64,000 nt of DNA from Usitatibacteraceae bacterium (lineage in GTDB: Bacteria; Pseudomonadota; Gammaproteobacteria; Burkholderiales; Usitatibacteraceae), in contig DAORTX010000001.1 in NCBI GenBank assembly GCA_035432885.1, positions 13,043-77,042 on the forward strand, in the 5' to 3' direction. Below the pieces are notes generated by a model. It was not told the DNA's origin, made no database searches, and saw only the letters and a list, made by a program, of their open reading frames with translations. Every line of letters starts with the position of its first letter. The stretch's first letter is position 1. The translations under genes and the position numbers were made by a program. Shown here one piece after another: positions 1 to 11,793 of the stretch.

Positions 1-1
1 C

Positions 2-670
2 GAGGAGGGAGCCCAGGTCGCGCACCGTTCGCTCGCCGCCGCGGACAAAGGCCGCCTCGCCGTGGAGAATTCGATCTCGGGCATGAACGACATCCGGGAG
101 CAGATCCAGGAGACCTCGAAGCGGATCAAGCGCCTGGGCGAATCCTCGCAGGAGATCGGCGAGATCGTGGAACTGATCGCCGACATCACGGAGCAGACGA
201 ACGTGCTCGCGCTGAACGCCGCCATCCAGGCCGCTTCAGCCGGCGAGGCGGGGCGCGGGTTCTCGGTGGTGGCCGAGGAAGTCCAGCGGCTCGCCGAGCG
301 CTCCGGCGAGGCGACCAAGCAGATCGGCGCGATCGTGAAGACGATTCAGGCCGACACCCAGGACGCGGTTGCGGCCATGGAGAAATCGACGCAGGGCGTG
401 GTGGAGGGCGCGAAGCTCTCCGATGCCGCGGGCCAGGCGCTCACCGAGATCGACGCCGTCACGAAGAACCTCGCGCAGCTGATCGAGCAGATCTCGCAGG
501 CGACGCACACCCAGGCCGAAGCGACGACCGCCGTGGCGAAGAACATGCAGGAGATTCTCGAGATCACGCGCCAGACCACGAGGGGCACGCAGCAGACCGC
601 GGGTTCGATCAAGGACTTGTCCGACGTGGCCCAGGAGCTCAAGAGCTCCGTCGCCGGCTTCAAGCTCTAG
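2..670 (+). CDS. pilJ: Methyl-accepting chemotaxis protein, C-terminal part (PilJ-like; 5' end outside window)
   Basis: Frame 2 is open from the window edge to TAG 668-670. The translation carries the MCP signalling-hairpin core ([36 protein letters not shown]). It ends 6 nt before the chpA-like gene. Confidence 0.8.
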   Translation, partial: EEGAQVAHRSLAAADKGRLAVENSISGMNDIREQIQETSKRIKRLGESSQEIGEIVELIADITEQTNVLALNAAIQAASAGEAGRGFSVVAEEVQRLAERSGEATKQIGAIVKTIQADTQDAVAAMEKSTQGVVEGAKLSDAAGQALTEIDAVTKNLAQLIEQISQATHTQAEATTAVAKNMQEILEITRQTTRGTQQTAGSIKDLSDVAQELKSSVAGFKL

Positions 671-676
671 GAGACC

Positions 677-3600
677 ATGGCCGCGCGTCCCGCCGCCGGA
701 TTCGATCTTGGCCCGCTCAGCTGGGTCAAGACCGAGATCGACCATTCGCTGGGGCAGGCCCGGGAGAACCTCGACAAGATTTTCGCGAACCCGGCCGATC
801 GCGCTCCGGTGAAGTACATCCTCACGCACCTGCACCAGGCCACCGGCGCGCTCGCGATGGTCGGGCTTGGGGCGGCCACGCGTTTCAACGAGGAGCTGGA
901 GAGGCTGGTTTCCTCGATCGACTCCTGCGAGGTCGAGAATGTCGCCCCACGGGTGCCCGTGGCCAAGCGGGCGATCACGTTGCTTTCGGGCTACCTGGAT
1001 TCGTTGATGGGCGGCGGGCCGGACCGGCCGATGTCGCTCCTGTCGGGGTATCTCGACCTGAACCGGGCTCGCGGCGCGACGGACGCGACGGAAGGAGACC
1101 TTTTCCATCCTGACCTGGGAACCGAGTTTCCCGCGCCGGTGGAGCGGGCAGCGGCGATGGACGACGGGGTGCTCGCCAAGGCGCTCGCGCACCAGCGCTC
1201 CCTGTACCAGCAGGGCTTGCTCCGGATGCTGCGCGGCGGCAATTCGGCGGAGGCCTTTCGCCTGATGCTCGGCGCGGTCGCGGCGATCGAGTCGCTCCAG
1301 GCCGCGACGCCCAACCGCCCGTTCTGGATGGCCGCGGCGGGCTTTCTGGACGCGCTCGCGTTCGAGGGAATCGGGGAGGGGCCCGATTCCCAGGCGAAGC
1401 CCCTGCTCGCCAAGATCGACCAGCAGGTGAAGCAGCTGATCGACGGATCCGCCAAGGTGCCCGAGCGCCTGTTCCGGGACTTGCTGCTGCAGGTCGGGCG
1501 AAGCCGCCCGGTCACGCAGCGCATCTGCGACCTGAAGGCTGCCTTCCGGCTCGAGGAGATCCTTGCCGCCGCGCCGTCGCCGCATGGGGACGAGGCCGAC
1601 GAGTCGCTGGGAGCGCTCATCCGGGAATTGCGCGAGCACACCACGCAACAGAAGGACACGTGGCTCAAGTTCACCTCGGGCAATCGCGCCGCCCTCGAGC
1701 CGGTCGGAAAGCAGGCGCTCGCGCTGGCCGAGCGGGCTGCCCAGCTGCCGCACCGCGACCTACAACTCGTCTTCCTGAGGCTGGCCGACGTTGCCCCGAC
1801 GCTCAAGGCGCGAGCCATTCCGCCTTCGGAGACCCTGGCCCTGGAGGTCGCCACCGCGCTCCTGTTCATCGAGTCGGCGCTGGACAACTACCACAGGCTG
1901 GGCCAGGACTTCGAACGCCAGGCGAGGGCCGTCTCCGAGCGCCTCAAGGCGGCCCTGGCGGGCGAAGCCGTTCCGCCGATGGACACGATCGCAGGCGGAA
2001 TCCTCGACGAGATGACCCGGCGCGCCCAGGAGAAACTCCTGGTCTTCCAGGTGGGACAGGAAGTCCAGGTGAACCTCCAGGGAATCGAACAGGCCCTGGA
2101 CGCGTTCTTCCGCGACCCGGCCCGGCGCGACGGCCTGAAATCGCTCCCGGACCAGTTCGCGCAGGTCCAGGGCGCGCTGATGATCATGGAACTCGACACG
2201 GCCGCCGGGCTCAATGCCGCGGTCTCCGCTCGCGTCCAGCAGTTCGTGGAGGGCACCCTGGACGGACAGGGAGAGGCCGCCGAAATGGTGGCCGACGGCC
2301 TTTCGGCGCTGGGACTCTACATCGCGGCGCTGCAGCAAGGCGGTGCCCGGCCCGAGGATGTCCTGAGGCCGGCGCTCGTGCGCTTCGGCCTCGAGCCTTC
2401 GGCCGAGGCGCTGGTCGACGAGGCGCTGCGCAAGACCGGCACGGTTTCGCCGCTGGATCTCGACGTGCGCAAGCAGAAGGTGCAGGCGCTCTACGAGGAC
2501 TGGAAGGAGGCGCCCGGGGCCGACGTGAAGGTGAAGCTCGAGCGCGCGGTCGACGACCTGAAGCGCGACGCGGTCGTGATCGCCGACGTGGAACTGGCGA
2601 GGCAGAGCGACGAGGCGCTGTCGGCCCTTAAGGGAGCCGTCGACGCAAGCCAGACGGGGGTCTTCAGCGCCATCCAGGGGCTCGCGCCGGAAAAGCCGCC
2701 GGAGACGCCCGCGCCCCAGGTCGTGCAACTGGTCGATGCGCCCGGCGCCGAGGTCGACCGGGAACTCCTCGAGATCTTCCTCGAGGAGGCGACCGAGGTC
2801 GCGGCGACGATTGCGGAAAACCACGAGGCCTGCCGCCACGCCCCGCACAACCGCGAGGCGCTGACCACGATCCGGCGCGGGTTCCATACGCTCAAGGGAA
2901 GCGGCCGAATGGTCGGCTTGTCGGAGCTCGGCGAGGTTGCCTGGCAGTGCGAGCAGGTGTTGAACAAGTGGCTGAAGGACGAAAAGCCCGCCACGCCCGG
3001 ACTGCTCGCCTTTGTCGAGCTGGCAAGGCACTCGTTCTCGGCCTGGATCGAGCAACTCAAGGCGGGAGACGAGTCGCGGATCGACGGCGCGGAAATCGCG
3101 CAAAGGGCCGAGCAACTGAAGAGCGGCGAGGCGGCCGCGCCGGGACCGGTTCTCGAGGCGATGGCCGAGTCCGCTGCGGGCGCCGGCACGGGAGCCGCAA
3201 GGGATGCGGAGACTTCGCTGCCCGAGGGCCTCTCGTTCGAGTCGCTCGATTTCGAGCGTGCCGAGGTCCGGCCGGTCACCCCGGCGAGGGGAGCCGGAGA
3301 GGAACCCGATTTCGCCTCCGCGTTTTCCGGAAGCCAGGAGCAGGACGAGTCCGGGGAAGCCACCGGGGAGCCCGATGTGGTCGTGGGCCCAGTGTCGCTC
3401 TCGCCCGCCCTGTTCTCGATATACGTCGGCGAAGCCGAGCAGCACGCGGCCACGCTGGAGCAGGAAATGTCGGCGATCGAGACAGATCCGCTGCATCCGG
3501 TCAGCCACGAATTCATGAGGGCCGCGCACACGCTCACGAGCAGTTCCCGCACGACGGGGTTCCGCCTGCTGGCGGACCTCGCGCACGCGCTCGAGAAATG

Positions 3601-6496
3601 GCTCACCGAGGCGATCGACTATCCGCCGGAGTTCACGGCGCAGAGGCTCACGGCGACGCGACGGGCAGTCGATGGCGTGGTCGCGATGGTGCAATCCATC
3701 GCCGGTCGCGCCTATCCGCTGGGCCGCGAAGACCTGGTCGAGGACCTGAAGGCGCTTCGCGAGGGATTGCAGGAGTCCAGGCGCACGGGCGAGGGCACGC
3801 ACTTCCGGATGCCGGGCGCCATTCGCGAGGCGCTTCGCGCGACGACCGCGCCAGAACTTCCGGTGGAGACCGCGGTTCCCGGGGAACCCGCCCCGGCCAA
3901 GGAGCCGGAAACGCCCGCGGCGCCGGAAGAGGCCCGGGAACCACCCGGGCACGAGGCAAGGGATGAGTCCGCGGCGGCGACTTCGCCCGAGGCCGCAGGC
4001 TGGCAGGAGCGCGAGCGGCCCGTCGAGGCGGTTGCGCCGGTGGTGGCTGAGCCGGCACCGACTCCGCCCGGTGTCGTCGAACCGGAAGCGCTTGTCGCAG
4101 CCGTTGCCCCGGAGCCGGACCGAGCCGGTACCGGAGAGGCCGCCGCGCCGGCCCAAGCCTCGGAAGTGCCGTTCGAGGCGGGCAAGGACCAGCGCAAGAT
4201 CAAGGATGACGTCGACCGCGATCTCCTGCCCATCTTCCTCGACGAGGCGCGCGAGCTCGTGCCGGCGGTGAGCGACGGGGTGAGGCGCTGGAAAGCCAAT
4301 CCTCGCGACCCGACGCCGTCCGCCGACCTGCGCCGGCATCTGCACACGCTGAAGGGCAGCGCGCGCATGACGGGGCTCATGCGCCTGGGGGAACTCGCGC
4401 ACGTCCTGGAGGCGCGGGTGATCGACATGGCGGCCCTGGCCTCGCCCCCGGAGAGCGAATTCGAGGAGGCCGAGGACAGGATCGACCGATTCTCCGTCGC
4501 GCTGGAGCGTCTGTCCCGGGGCGAGGAACTGCTGGATCTCGTGCCGCTGGAGGTCCCGGTGGGTGCGGTTTTCGAGCAGCAGAAGGACAAGCCCACGCCG
4601 CTCGCGGTGATCGCGGCGGCAGCGGAGGCGAAGGCGCAGCAGCAAGGATTGCCGCCCGAGATTCGCGAGTTGCGGTCGGCGCTCCTGCGCGTGAACGCGG
4701 ACCTGGTCGACCAGTTCGTGAACGAGGCGGGCGAGCTCTCGATCGCGCGCTCGAGGATCGAGGGCGAGATGGCCGCGTTCAAGCGCGCGCTCGTCGACCT
4801 GTCGGAGAACGTGGCGCGGATGCGATCGCAGATTCGCGAGATCGAGATCGCCTCCGAAGGGCAGATGCAGAGCCGCCTGAAGGAACAGGAGGAGCTGGGC
4901 GCCTCGTTCGACCCCCTCGAGTTCGACCGCTTCACGCGCATGCAGGAACTCACGCGATTCCTCACGGAGTCGCTGGCCGACGTGATCACCCTCCAGCAGG
5001 GCCTGCAGAAGAACATCGACGAGACCGAGCTCGCGATTCTCCAGCAGTCGCGGTTGAATCGCGAGCTCCAGCAGGGCCTCATGGGGGTTCGTCTCGTGCC
5101 CCTGGCCAACCTGGCGGACCGTTTCTACCGGGTCGTGCGCCAGACGGCGAAGGACGTGGGCAAGAAGGCAAACCTGGAGCTCAAGGGCATCCGTGTGGAG
5201 CTCGACCGCTCCGTGCTGGAGAAGATCACCGCGCCATTCGAGCACCTGCTGAGGAATGCGGTGGCGCACGGGATCGAGTCGCCGGCCGCCCGCACCACGG
5301 CCGGCAAGCCCGAGATCGGCGAGATCGCGATCGACGCCGTGCAGCGCGGCAACGAGGTCGTCCTGAGCGTGGCCGACGACGGCGGCGGCCTGGACTATCC
5401 GCGCATTCGCGAGCGCGCGGTCGAGCTCGGCCTGCTCGACGCGGGCGAAGAGTTGCCGGACGTCGCGCTCGCGCAGTTCATCTTCTGGCCGGGCTTCTCC
5501 ACCGCGAAGGAAGTCACCCAGGTGGCGGGCCGCGGCGTGGGGATGGACGTCGTGAAGAGCGAAATCACCTCGCTCGGCGGACGCATGGAGCTCACCTCGG
5601 CGCCGGGCGCCGGAACGACGTTCACGATCACGCTTCCGCTCACGCTGGCGGTGACCCAGGCCGTGATGCTGAAGGCCGGCGGCACGCTCTACGCGGTGCC
5701 CTCGGTGATGATCGAGCAGGTCCAGGAGCAAAAGGCCGACCAGTACGCCGAGTCGGTCTCCCGGGGCGAGGTGCTCTGGAAGGACAATCGCTACCCGCTT
5801 CGCTCGCTCGTCACGCTGCTGGGCGAGCCCGACGGCCCCGCTCCGCCGCGCCAGATTCCGGTCCTGCTTCTGAAGAGCGGCCTCCAGCGCGCCGCGGTGC
5901 GGGTCGACGAGATCGTGGGCAACAGCGAGGTCGTGGTGAAAACCATCGGGCCGCAGCTCGCGCGGCTGGCCGGTGTGGCCGGCGCCACCGTGCTCGGCAA
6001 CGGGCAGGTCGTGCTCATCCTGAACCCGGTCAACCTCGTGCACCGCGGACCGGCGGCGGGCGAGGTGGTTTCCATCGTGACGCCGGCGCCGCCCGCGCCC
6101 GTGCAGACGAAGGCCGCCGCGCCGCTCGTGATGGTGGTGGACGATTCGCTGACGGTGAGGAAGATCACGGGGCGCATGCTGGCCCGCGAGGGCTACGAAT
6201 TCGTTGCCGCCAAGGACGGGGTCGACGCGCTCCAGCAGCTCCAGGACGTGCGGCCGGACGTGATCCTGCTCGACGTCGAGATGCCGCGCATGGACGGATT
6301 CGAATTCGCGAGGAACATGCGCGCCGACGAATCCACGCGGTCGATCCCGATCATCATGATCACCTCGCGCACGGCCGACAAGCACCGCAACCGCGCCCTG
6401 GAGCTCGGCGTGAACGAGTACATGGGCAAGCCCTACCAGGAAGAGCAGCTGCTGGCGCTCATCGCCCGCTACACCCGCCAGACGACGACCGCCTGA
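677..6496 (+). CDS. chpA: ChpA-like hybrid CheA histidine kinase with multiple Hpt modules, CheW-like domain and C-terminal receiver
   Basis: 1939-aa ORF. Hpt-type motifs: HTLKGSGRMVGL (His codon 2885), HTLTSSSRTTGF (3527), HTLKGSARMTGL (4343) and a degenerate HQATGALAMVGL (833). It also has HATPase G-boxes (GRGVGMDVV, GAGTTF) and a receiver (VMVVDDS ... DVEMPRMDG ... GKP). Confidence 0.85.
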   Translation: MAARPAAGFDLGPLSWVKTEIDHSLGQARENLDKIFANPADRAPVKYILTHLHQATGALAMVGLGAATRFNEELERLVSSIDSCEVENVAPRVPVAKRAITLLSGYLDSLMGGGPDRPMSLLSGYLDLNRARGATDATEGDLFHPDLGTEFPAPVERAAAMDDGVLAKALAHQRSLYQQGLLRMLRGGNSAEAFRLMLGAVAAIESLQAATPNRPFWMAAAGFLDALAFEGIGEGPDSQAKPLLAKIDQQVKQLIDGSAKVPERLFRDLLLQVGRSRPVTQRICDLKAAFRLEEILAAAPSPHGDEADESLGALIRELREHTTQQKDTWLKFTSGNRAALEPVGKQALALAERAAQLPHRDLQLVFLRLADVAPTLKARAIPPSETLALEVATALLFIESALDNYHRLGQDFERQARAVSERLKAALAGEAVPPMDTIAGGILDEMTRRAQEKLLVFQVGQEVQVNLQGIEQALDAFFRDPARRDGLKSLPDQFAQVQGALMIMELDTAAGLNAAVSARVQQFVEGTLDGQGEAAEMVADGLSALGLYIAALQQGGARPEDVLRPALVRFGLEPSAEALVDEALRKTGTVSPLDLDVRKQKVQALYEDWKEAPGADVKVKLERAVDDLKRDAVVIADVELARQSDEALSALKGAVDASQTGVFSAIQGLAPEKPPETPAPQVVQLVDAPGAEVDRELLEIFLEEATEVAATIAENHEACRHAPHNREALTTIRRGFHTLKGSGRMVGLSELGEVAWQCEQVLNKWLKDEKPATPGLLAFVELARHSFSAWIEQLKAGDESRIDGAEIAQRAEQLKSGEAAAPGPVLEAMAESAAGAGTGAARDAETSLPEGLSFESLDFERAEVRPVTPARGAGEEPDFASAFSGSQEQDESGEATGEPDVVVGPVSLSPALFSIYVGEAEQHAATLEQEMSAIETDPLHPVSHEFMRAAHTLTSSSRTTGFRLLADLAHALEKWLTEAIDYPPEFTAQRLTATRRAVDGVVAMVQSIAGRAYPLGREDLVEDLKALREGLQESRRTGEGTHFRMPGAIREALRATTAPELPVETAVPGEPAPAKEPETPAAPEEAREPPGHEARDESAAATSPEAAGWQERERPVEAVAPVVAEPAPTPPGVVEPEALVAAVAPEPDRAGTGEAAAPAQASEVPFEAGKDQRKIKDDVDRDLLPIFLDEARELVPAVSDGVRRWKANPRDPTPSADLRRHLHTLKGSARMTGLMRLGELAHVLEARVIDMAALASPPESEFEEAEDRIDRFSVALERLSRGEELLDLVPLEVPVGAVFEQQKDKPTPLAVIAAAAEAKAQQQGLPPEIRELRSALLRVNADLVDQFVNEAGELSIARSRIEGEMAAFKRALVDLSENVARMRSQIREIEIASEGQMQSRLKEQEELGASFDPLEFDRFTRMQELTRFLTESLADVITLQQGLQKNIDETELAILQQSRLNRELQQGLMGVRLVPLANLADRFYRVVRQTAKDVGKKANLELKGIRVELDRSVLEKITAPFEHLLRNAVAHGIESPAARTTAGKPEIGEIAIDAVQRGNEVVLSVADDGGGLDYPRIRERAVELGLLDAGEELPDVALAQFIFWPGFSTAKEVTQVAGRGVGMDVVKSEITSLGGRMELTSAPGAGTTFTITLPLTLAVTQAVMLKAGGTLYAVPSVMIEQVQEQKADQYAESVSRGEVLWKDNRYPLRSLVTLLGEPDGPAPPRQIPVLLLKSGLQRAAVRVDEIVGNSEVVVKTIGPQLARLAGVAGATVLGNGQVVLILNPVNLVHRGPAAGEVVSIVTPAPPAPVQTKAAAPLVMVVDDSLTVRKITGRMLAREGYEFVAAKDGVDALQQLQDVRPDVILLDVEMPRMDGFEFARNMRADESTRSIPIIMITSRTADKHRNRALELGVNEYMGKPYQEEQLLALIARYTRQTTTA

Positions 6497-6514
6497 CCGG
6501 CGGCCGGGACGCGC

Positions 6515-7321
6515 CTAACGGAAGTAGGCGAGCACCGCCAGGCCGAGCGCGATGCGGTACCACGCGAATGCCCGGAAATCGTGGCTCGCGACATAGCGGA
6601 TGAGGCCGCGCACGGCGACGAGCGCCGCGAAGAAGCTCACCACGAATCCGACGGCGAATGGCGCGAGGTCCGCGGACCCGAACAGGTGACGGTACTTGAC
6701 CACCTGGTATCCCGTCGCGGCGAACATGATCGGCACCGACAGGAAGAACGAGAACTCCGTCGCCGCCTGCCGTGAAAGCCCGAAGACCATGCCGCCCATG
6801 ATCGTCGCGCCCGAGCGGGAAGTGCCCGGGATGAGCGAGAAGCACTGCGCCAGCCCGACCTTGAGGGCGTCCTTCCAGCCCATTTCGTCGACGCCCAGGA
6901 TGCGCGGCGCCCCGTGACGGGCATACCAGCGCTCGACCGCGAAGATCACGATCGCGCCGGCGACGAGCGCGATGGCCACGCTGACCGGGTTGAACAGGAA
7001 AGCCTTGATCTCGCGCTGGAAGGCGAGCCCGACCGCTGCCGCGGGCAGGAACGCGACGAAAAGGTTGGTTGCGAAGCGTCGCTGCACCGGGTCCGACGCG
7101 AGCCCCGAAAAGGCCCGCGAGAAGCGGGCCCGGTATTCCCAGCACACCGCGAGTATCGCGCCCAGCTGGATCACGATGTCGAAGACCTTCCCCTTCTCGT
7201 CGTTGAGGCCGAAGAGATCGGAGACGATGATGAGATGGCCGGTCGACGAGACGGGAAGGAACTCGGTGAGCCCTTCGACCACCCCGAGGACGAAGGCTGT
7301 TGCGAGCGAGGCGGGATCCAT
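6515..7321 (-). CDS. uppP: Undecaprenyl-diphosphate phosphatase
   Basis: 268-aa polytopic ORF with the UppP/BacA motifs [18 protein letters not shown] and [10 protein letters not shown]. Confidence 0.9.
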   Translation of the reverse strand: MDPASLATAFVLGVVEGLTEFLPVSSTGHLIIVSDLFGLNDEKGKVFDIVIQLGAILAVCWEYRARFSRAFSGLASDPVQRRFATNLFVAFLPAAAVGLAFQREIKAFLFNPVSVAIALVAGAIVIFAVERWYARHGAPRILGVDEMGWKDALKVGLAQCFSLIPGTSRSGATIMGGMVFGLSRQAATEFSFFLSVPIMFAATGYQVVKYRHLFGSADLAPFAVGFVVSFFAALVAVRGLIRYVASHDFRAFAWYRIALGLAVLAYFR

Positions 7322-7344
7322 CGCCGCGTAGTGTATCAGCGGCC

Positions 7345-7376
7345 AGAAGACGAAACGGGCGGCCGCAGCCGCCCGT
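7345..7376 (-). terminator. Putative intrinsic terminator downstream of the P460-family gene
   Basis: A 9-bp GC stem (acgggcggc / gccgcccgt, 7355-7376) with a 4-nt loop. On the minus strand it is followed by tttcgtcttc. It lies 25 nt past the stop at 7401. Confidence 0.45.
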
Positions 7377-7400
7377 CCCGCCCGGATGGAGCCGGCGACG

Positions 7401-7922
7401 CTATTTCGCGCCCTTCATGCGCGAAAGGGAAAAGACGTAGTCCTGGTCCGCCTTCGGCTTGTGGCAGGTGAAGCACGGTTTCAGGTCGGCCTTTTCGTTG
7501 GGCTTGCCCTCCGGCGTGAAGGCGCGGTATTCCCACTCGCCGTTGCGCATGTCGGCTCCGTAACCCGTGCCCCACCCCTTCGACTTCTGCATCACGAAAT
7601 GGGCGATCGGGTCGCCCTTCTGGAAACGCCCGCCGGCGTCCAGGGCCGGCGCGCCCTTGTCGTCGAGCTTCGCCTTGTAGAGAAGCATGGTGATCGACGT
7701 GCCGTCGGGAACGGGCTTGCCGGCCTTCACGGCGTCGACGGCGGCCTTCGGGGCATACAGCTCGCGCACCTGCTTGTTGTCGGCGCGCTCGACAGTGCCA
7801 TAGAGCGCGCCCTTGTCCTTGGGATAGGAGACGAGCTCCGGACCGGCCAGGGCCGGCGTTACCGCCGCGGCGGCGAGGGCGGCGGTGAGTGAGACGGCTA
7901 GCGGGGAATTGCGGCGCGGCAT
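7401..7922 (-). CDS. Cytochrome P460 family protein (periplasmic mono-haem)
   Basis: The internal ATG at 7922 gives 173 aa with a signal peptide ([10 protein letters not shown]). A single CxxCH (CFTCH) lies near the C-terminus, with the NGEWEY block typical of this family as I recall it. The upstream part of the 349-aa ORF is Arg/Pro-rich junk. Confidence 0.6.
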   Translation of the reverse strand: MPRRNSPLAVSLTAALAAAAVTPALAGPELVSYPKDKGALYGTVERADNKQVRELYAPKAAVDAVKAGKPVPDGTSITMLLYKAKLDDKGAPALDAGGRFQKGDPIAHFVMQKSKGWGTGYGADMRNGEWEYRAFTPEGKPNEKADLKPCFTCHKPKADQDYVFSLSRMKGAK

Positions 7923-8023
7923 GGAGCCTCCTGGATGGCGTGTCTGGATTGACCGAGGCCGCGGCGCGGCCCCGTGGCGGGTTATACGGCGATCCGGACC
8001 TGCCGGATTCGCCGACCCGTCCT

Positions 8024-10062
<2,039 letters not shown>

Positions 10063-10141
10063 GACTGCAAACGCTACCGGAAGGTCCCGCGCAGCGCAAA
10101 TGTTCCCGGCGCGGAGGCGCCGGCGATCGACCGGCCTGCGC

Positions 10142-10170
10142 TTGACGGTGTAATTAGTCGATTGTATAGT
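10142..10170 (+). promoter_or_regulatory. Sigma70-type promoter for the tetR-hlyD-ABC operon
   Basis: TTGACG (10142-10147), a 17-nt spacer, then TATAGT (10165-10170), about 24 nt upstream of the tetR ATG. The surrounding segment is AT-rich. Confidence 0.5.
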
Positions 10171-10193
10171 TTCGCGGCCGACAGAGCTCGCTC

Positions 10194-10844
10194 ATGCCCC
10201 GCCCATCCCGACACCTCGATCGAGCCCTTCTCGCCGCCGGCCGGGAACTGCTTCCGGTGTTCGGCTGCTCGGGGCTTACCATTCGGCAGGTTGCCGAGGC
10301 CGCCGACGTGAACATCGGCATGTTCCACTACCATTTCCGCACGCGCGAGATCTTCCTGCGCGAAGTGATGCAGGGTGCGTACGAGGAGATGTTCTCGCAG
10401 CTCGCCCTTGGTGGAGAACGGGGGGCGGGTTTCGCGGAAAGCCTGAGGACTTCGCTTCGCGTGCTCGGACGTTTCCTCGAGGCCAACCGGGCGCTCGTCG
10501 GGCGGATACTTGCCGATGCGCTGAACGGGGAGACCGTCGCGCGCGACTTCCTCAGGGACAACCTGCCCCGCCACGTCCGCGCGATCCTCGGGCTGGTGAA
10601 GGCGGGGCAGGCCGCCGGGGAGCTGCGGGCCATGGACCCCACGCAAGCGTTCGCCTTCTGCGCGGGCGCGCTGGCGATGCCGATCCTGATCGGCGGCGCC
10701 GTCGCCGAAAGCGGCGCGCTGGATGCCGGCTTCGCAAGCCAGCTGCAGGGAGCGGTTCTCACGGACGAGGCGCTCGACGAACGCATAGATCTCGCCATAG
10801 CGGCGATCGCGGCCGGACCGGGCCGCCGGAAAGGAGTGCGATGA
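10194..10844 (+). CDS. TetR/AcrR family transcriptional regulator
   Basis: 216 aa. The N-terminal HTH (LTIRQVAEAADVNIGMFHYHFRTRE) is typical of TetR. It is first in an operon with HlyD and ABC genes. Confidence 0.85.
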   Translation: MPRPSRHLDRALLAAGRELLPVFGCSGLTIRQVAEAADVNIGMFHYHFRTREIFLREVMQGAYEEMFSQLALGGERGAGFAESLRTSLRVLGRFLEANRALVGRILADALNGETVARDFLRDNLPRHVRAILGLVKAGQAAGELRAMDPTQAFAFCAGALAMPILIGGAVAESGALDAGFASQLQGAVLTDEALDERIDLAIAAIAAGPGRRKGVR

Positions 10845-11785
10845 GAAGCTCATGGCTTGCCGCAGTCGTCGTCTCGGCCGCCGCCTGCGGCGCGCCGCAG
10901 GAATCGACGCTTCAGGGTTACGCGGAGGGCGAATTCGTGCGGGTCGGCGCGCCCTTCGCCGGGACGCTGGTGCGCCTGGAGGTCGCGCGGGGCGACCGGG
11001 TGAAAGCCGGCGCTCCGCTTTTCGCGCTGGAAGCCGAGAACGAGGCCGCCGCAAGGCGCGAGGCGCAGGAGCGTCTCGCGCGCGCCCAGGCCCAGCTGGA
11101 CAACTTGCGCAAGGCGCGGCGCCCCTCCGAGATCGATGCCGTTCGCGCGCAGCTCGCCCAAGCGCAAGCCGCCGAGGCCCTGTCCGCCACCGAGCTCAAG
11201 CGGGAGGAGGAGCTGGTCGCCAAGGGCTTCGTCAGCCGGCAGCGGCTGGACGAGGCGCGCACGGCGCTCGTGCGCGCCCGCGCCCGGGTCGACGAGCTCA
11301 CGGCGCAACTTGCCACATCGCGGCTGGCGGCCCGGCCCGACGAGATCCGGGCGGCCGAAGCCGAGTCCTCCGCGGCCCGAGCCGCGCTCGAGCAGGCCGA
11401 CTGGCGGCTGAAGCAGAAGTCGGCGGTGTCGACGGTCGCCGGAACGGTCACCGATACGCTGTTTGTGCGCGGCGAATGGGTCGGCGCCGGCCAGCCCGTG
11501 GTCACCTTGCTGCCGCCGGAGAACGTGAAGGCGCGCTTCTATGTTTCCGAGCCGCGACTGGGCTCGGTGAGCGTGGGGCAGGCGGTGGAATTGCGCTGCG
11601 ACGGCTGCGCGGCGCCGGTGTCGGCCGCCGTGACCTGGATTTCTCCCCAGGCCGAGTTCACGCCGCCGGTCATCTACAGCCGGGAAAGCCGCGCCAAGCT
11701 CGTCTACCTGGTCGAGGCGCGACCGGCGGCCGCGGACGCCGCGCGCCTGAAGCCGGGCCAGCCCCTGGACGTGGTCCTGCGGTAG
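10841..11785 (+). CDS. HlyD/YbhG-type periplasmic adaptor (membrane fusion) protein
   Basis: 314 aa with an N-terminal anchor, a long Ala/Arg/Glu coiled-coil segment and a beta-rich C-terminus. Its start forms an ATGA overlap with the tetR stop. Confidence 0.8.
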   Translation: MRSSWLAAVVVSAAACGAPQESTLQGYAEGEFVRVGAPFAGTLVRLEVARGDRVKAGAPLFALEAENEAAARREAQERLARAQAQLDNLRKARRPSEIDAVRAQLAQAQAAEALSATELKREEELVAKGFVSRQRLDEARTALVRARARVDELTAQLATSRLAARPDEIRAAEAESSAARAALEQADWRLKQKSAVSTVAGTVTDTLFVRGEWVGAGQPVVTLLPPENVKARFYVSEPRLGSVSVGQAVELRCDGCAAPVSAAVTWISPQAEFTPPVIYSRESRAKLVYLVEARPAAADAARLKPGQPLDVVLR

Positions 11786-11793
11786 CGCGCGCC

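Noticed and set aside
3830-4170. Repetitive-looking GC-rich DNA considered as tandem repeats or array-like elements. A second stretch lies at 29885-30148.
   Set aside because: Both stretches are in-frame Pro/Ala/Glu low-complexity linkers within ChpA and GspL. There is no regular repeat-spacer periodicity.
1760-6385. Very long antisense ORFs. Examples: 1541 aa at 1760-6385 (-), and also 236-1753, 7889-10153, 11704-13779, 19286-21376, 22525-24372, 40636-42699, 42366-44600, 46242-49313, 52361-54742, 55299-57233 and 60788-62866.
   Set aside because: All lie opposite or out of frame to genes with clear family motifs. Their translations are Arg/Gly/Pro/His/Asp-rich without any motif. Stop codons are rare in off-frames of GC-rich coding DNA, so these are frame artefacts.
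10852-11793. N-terminal 314-codon extension of the ABC ATPase ORF (10852..12744).
   Set aside because: The extension overlaps the HlyD gene in another frame and is Arg/Gly/Ala junk. The conserved ATPase sequence begins at ATG 11794, right after the HlyD stop.
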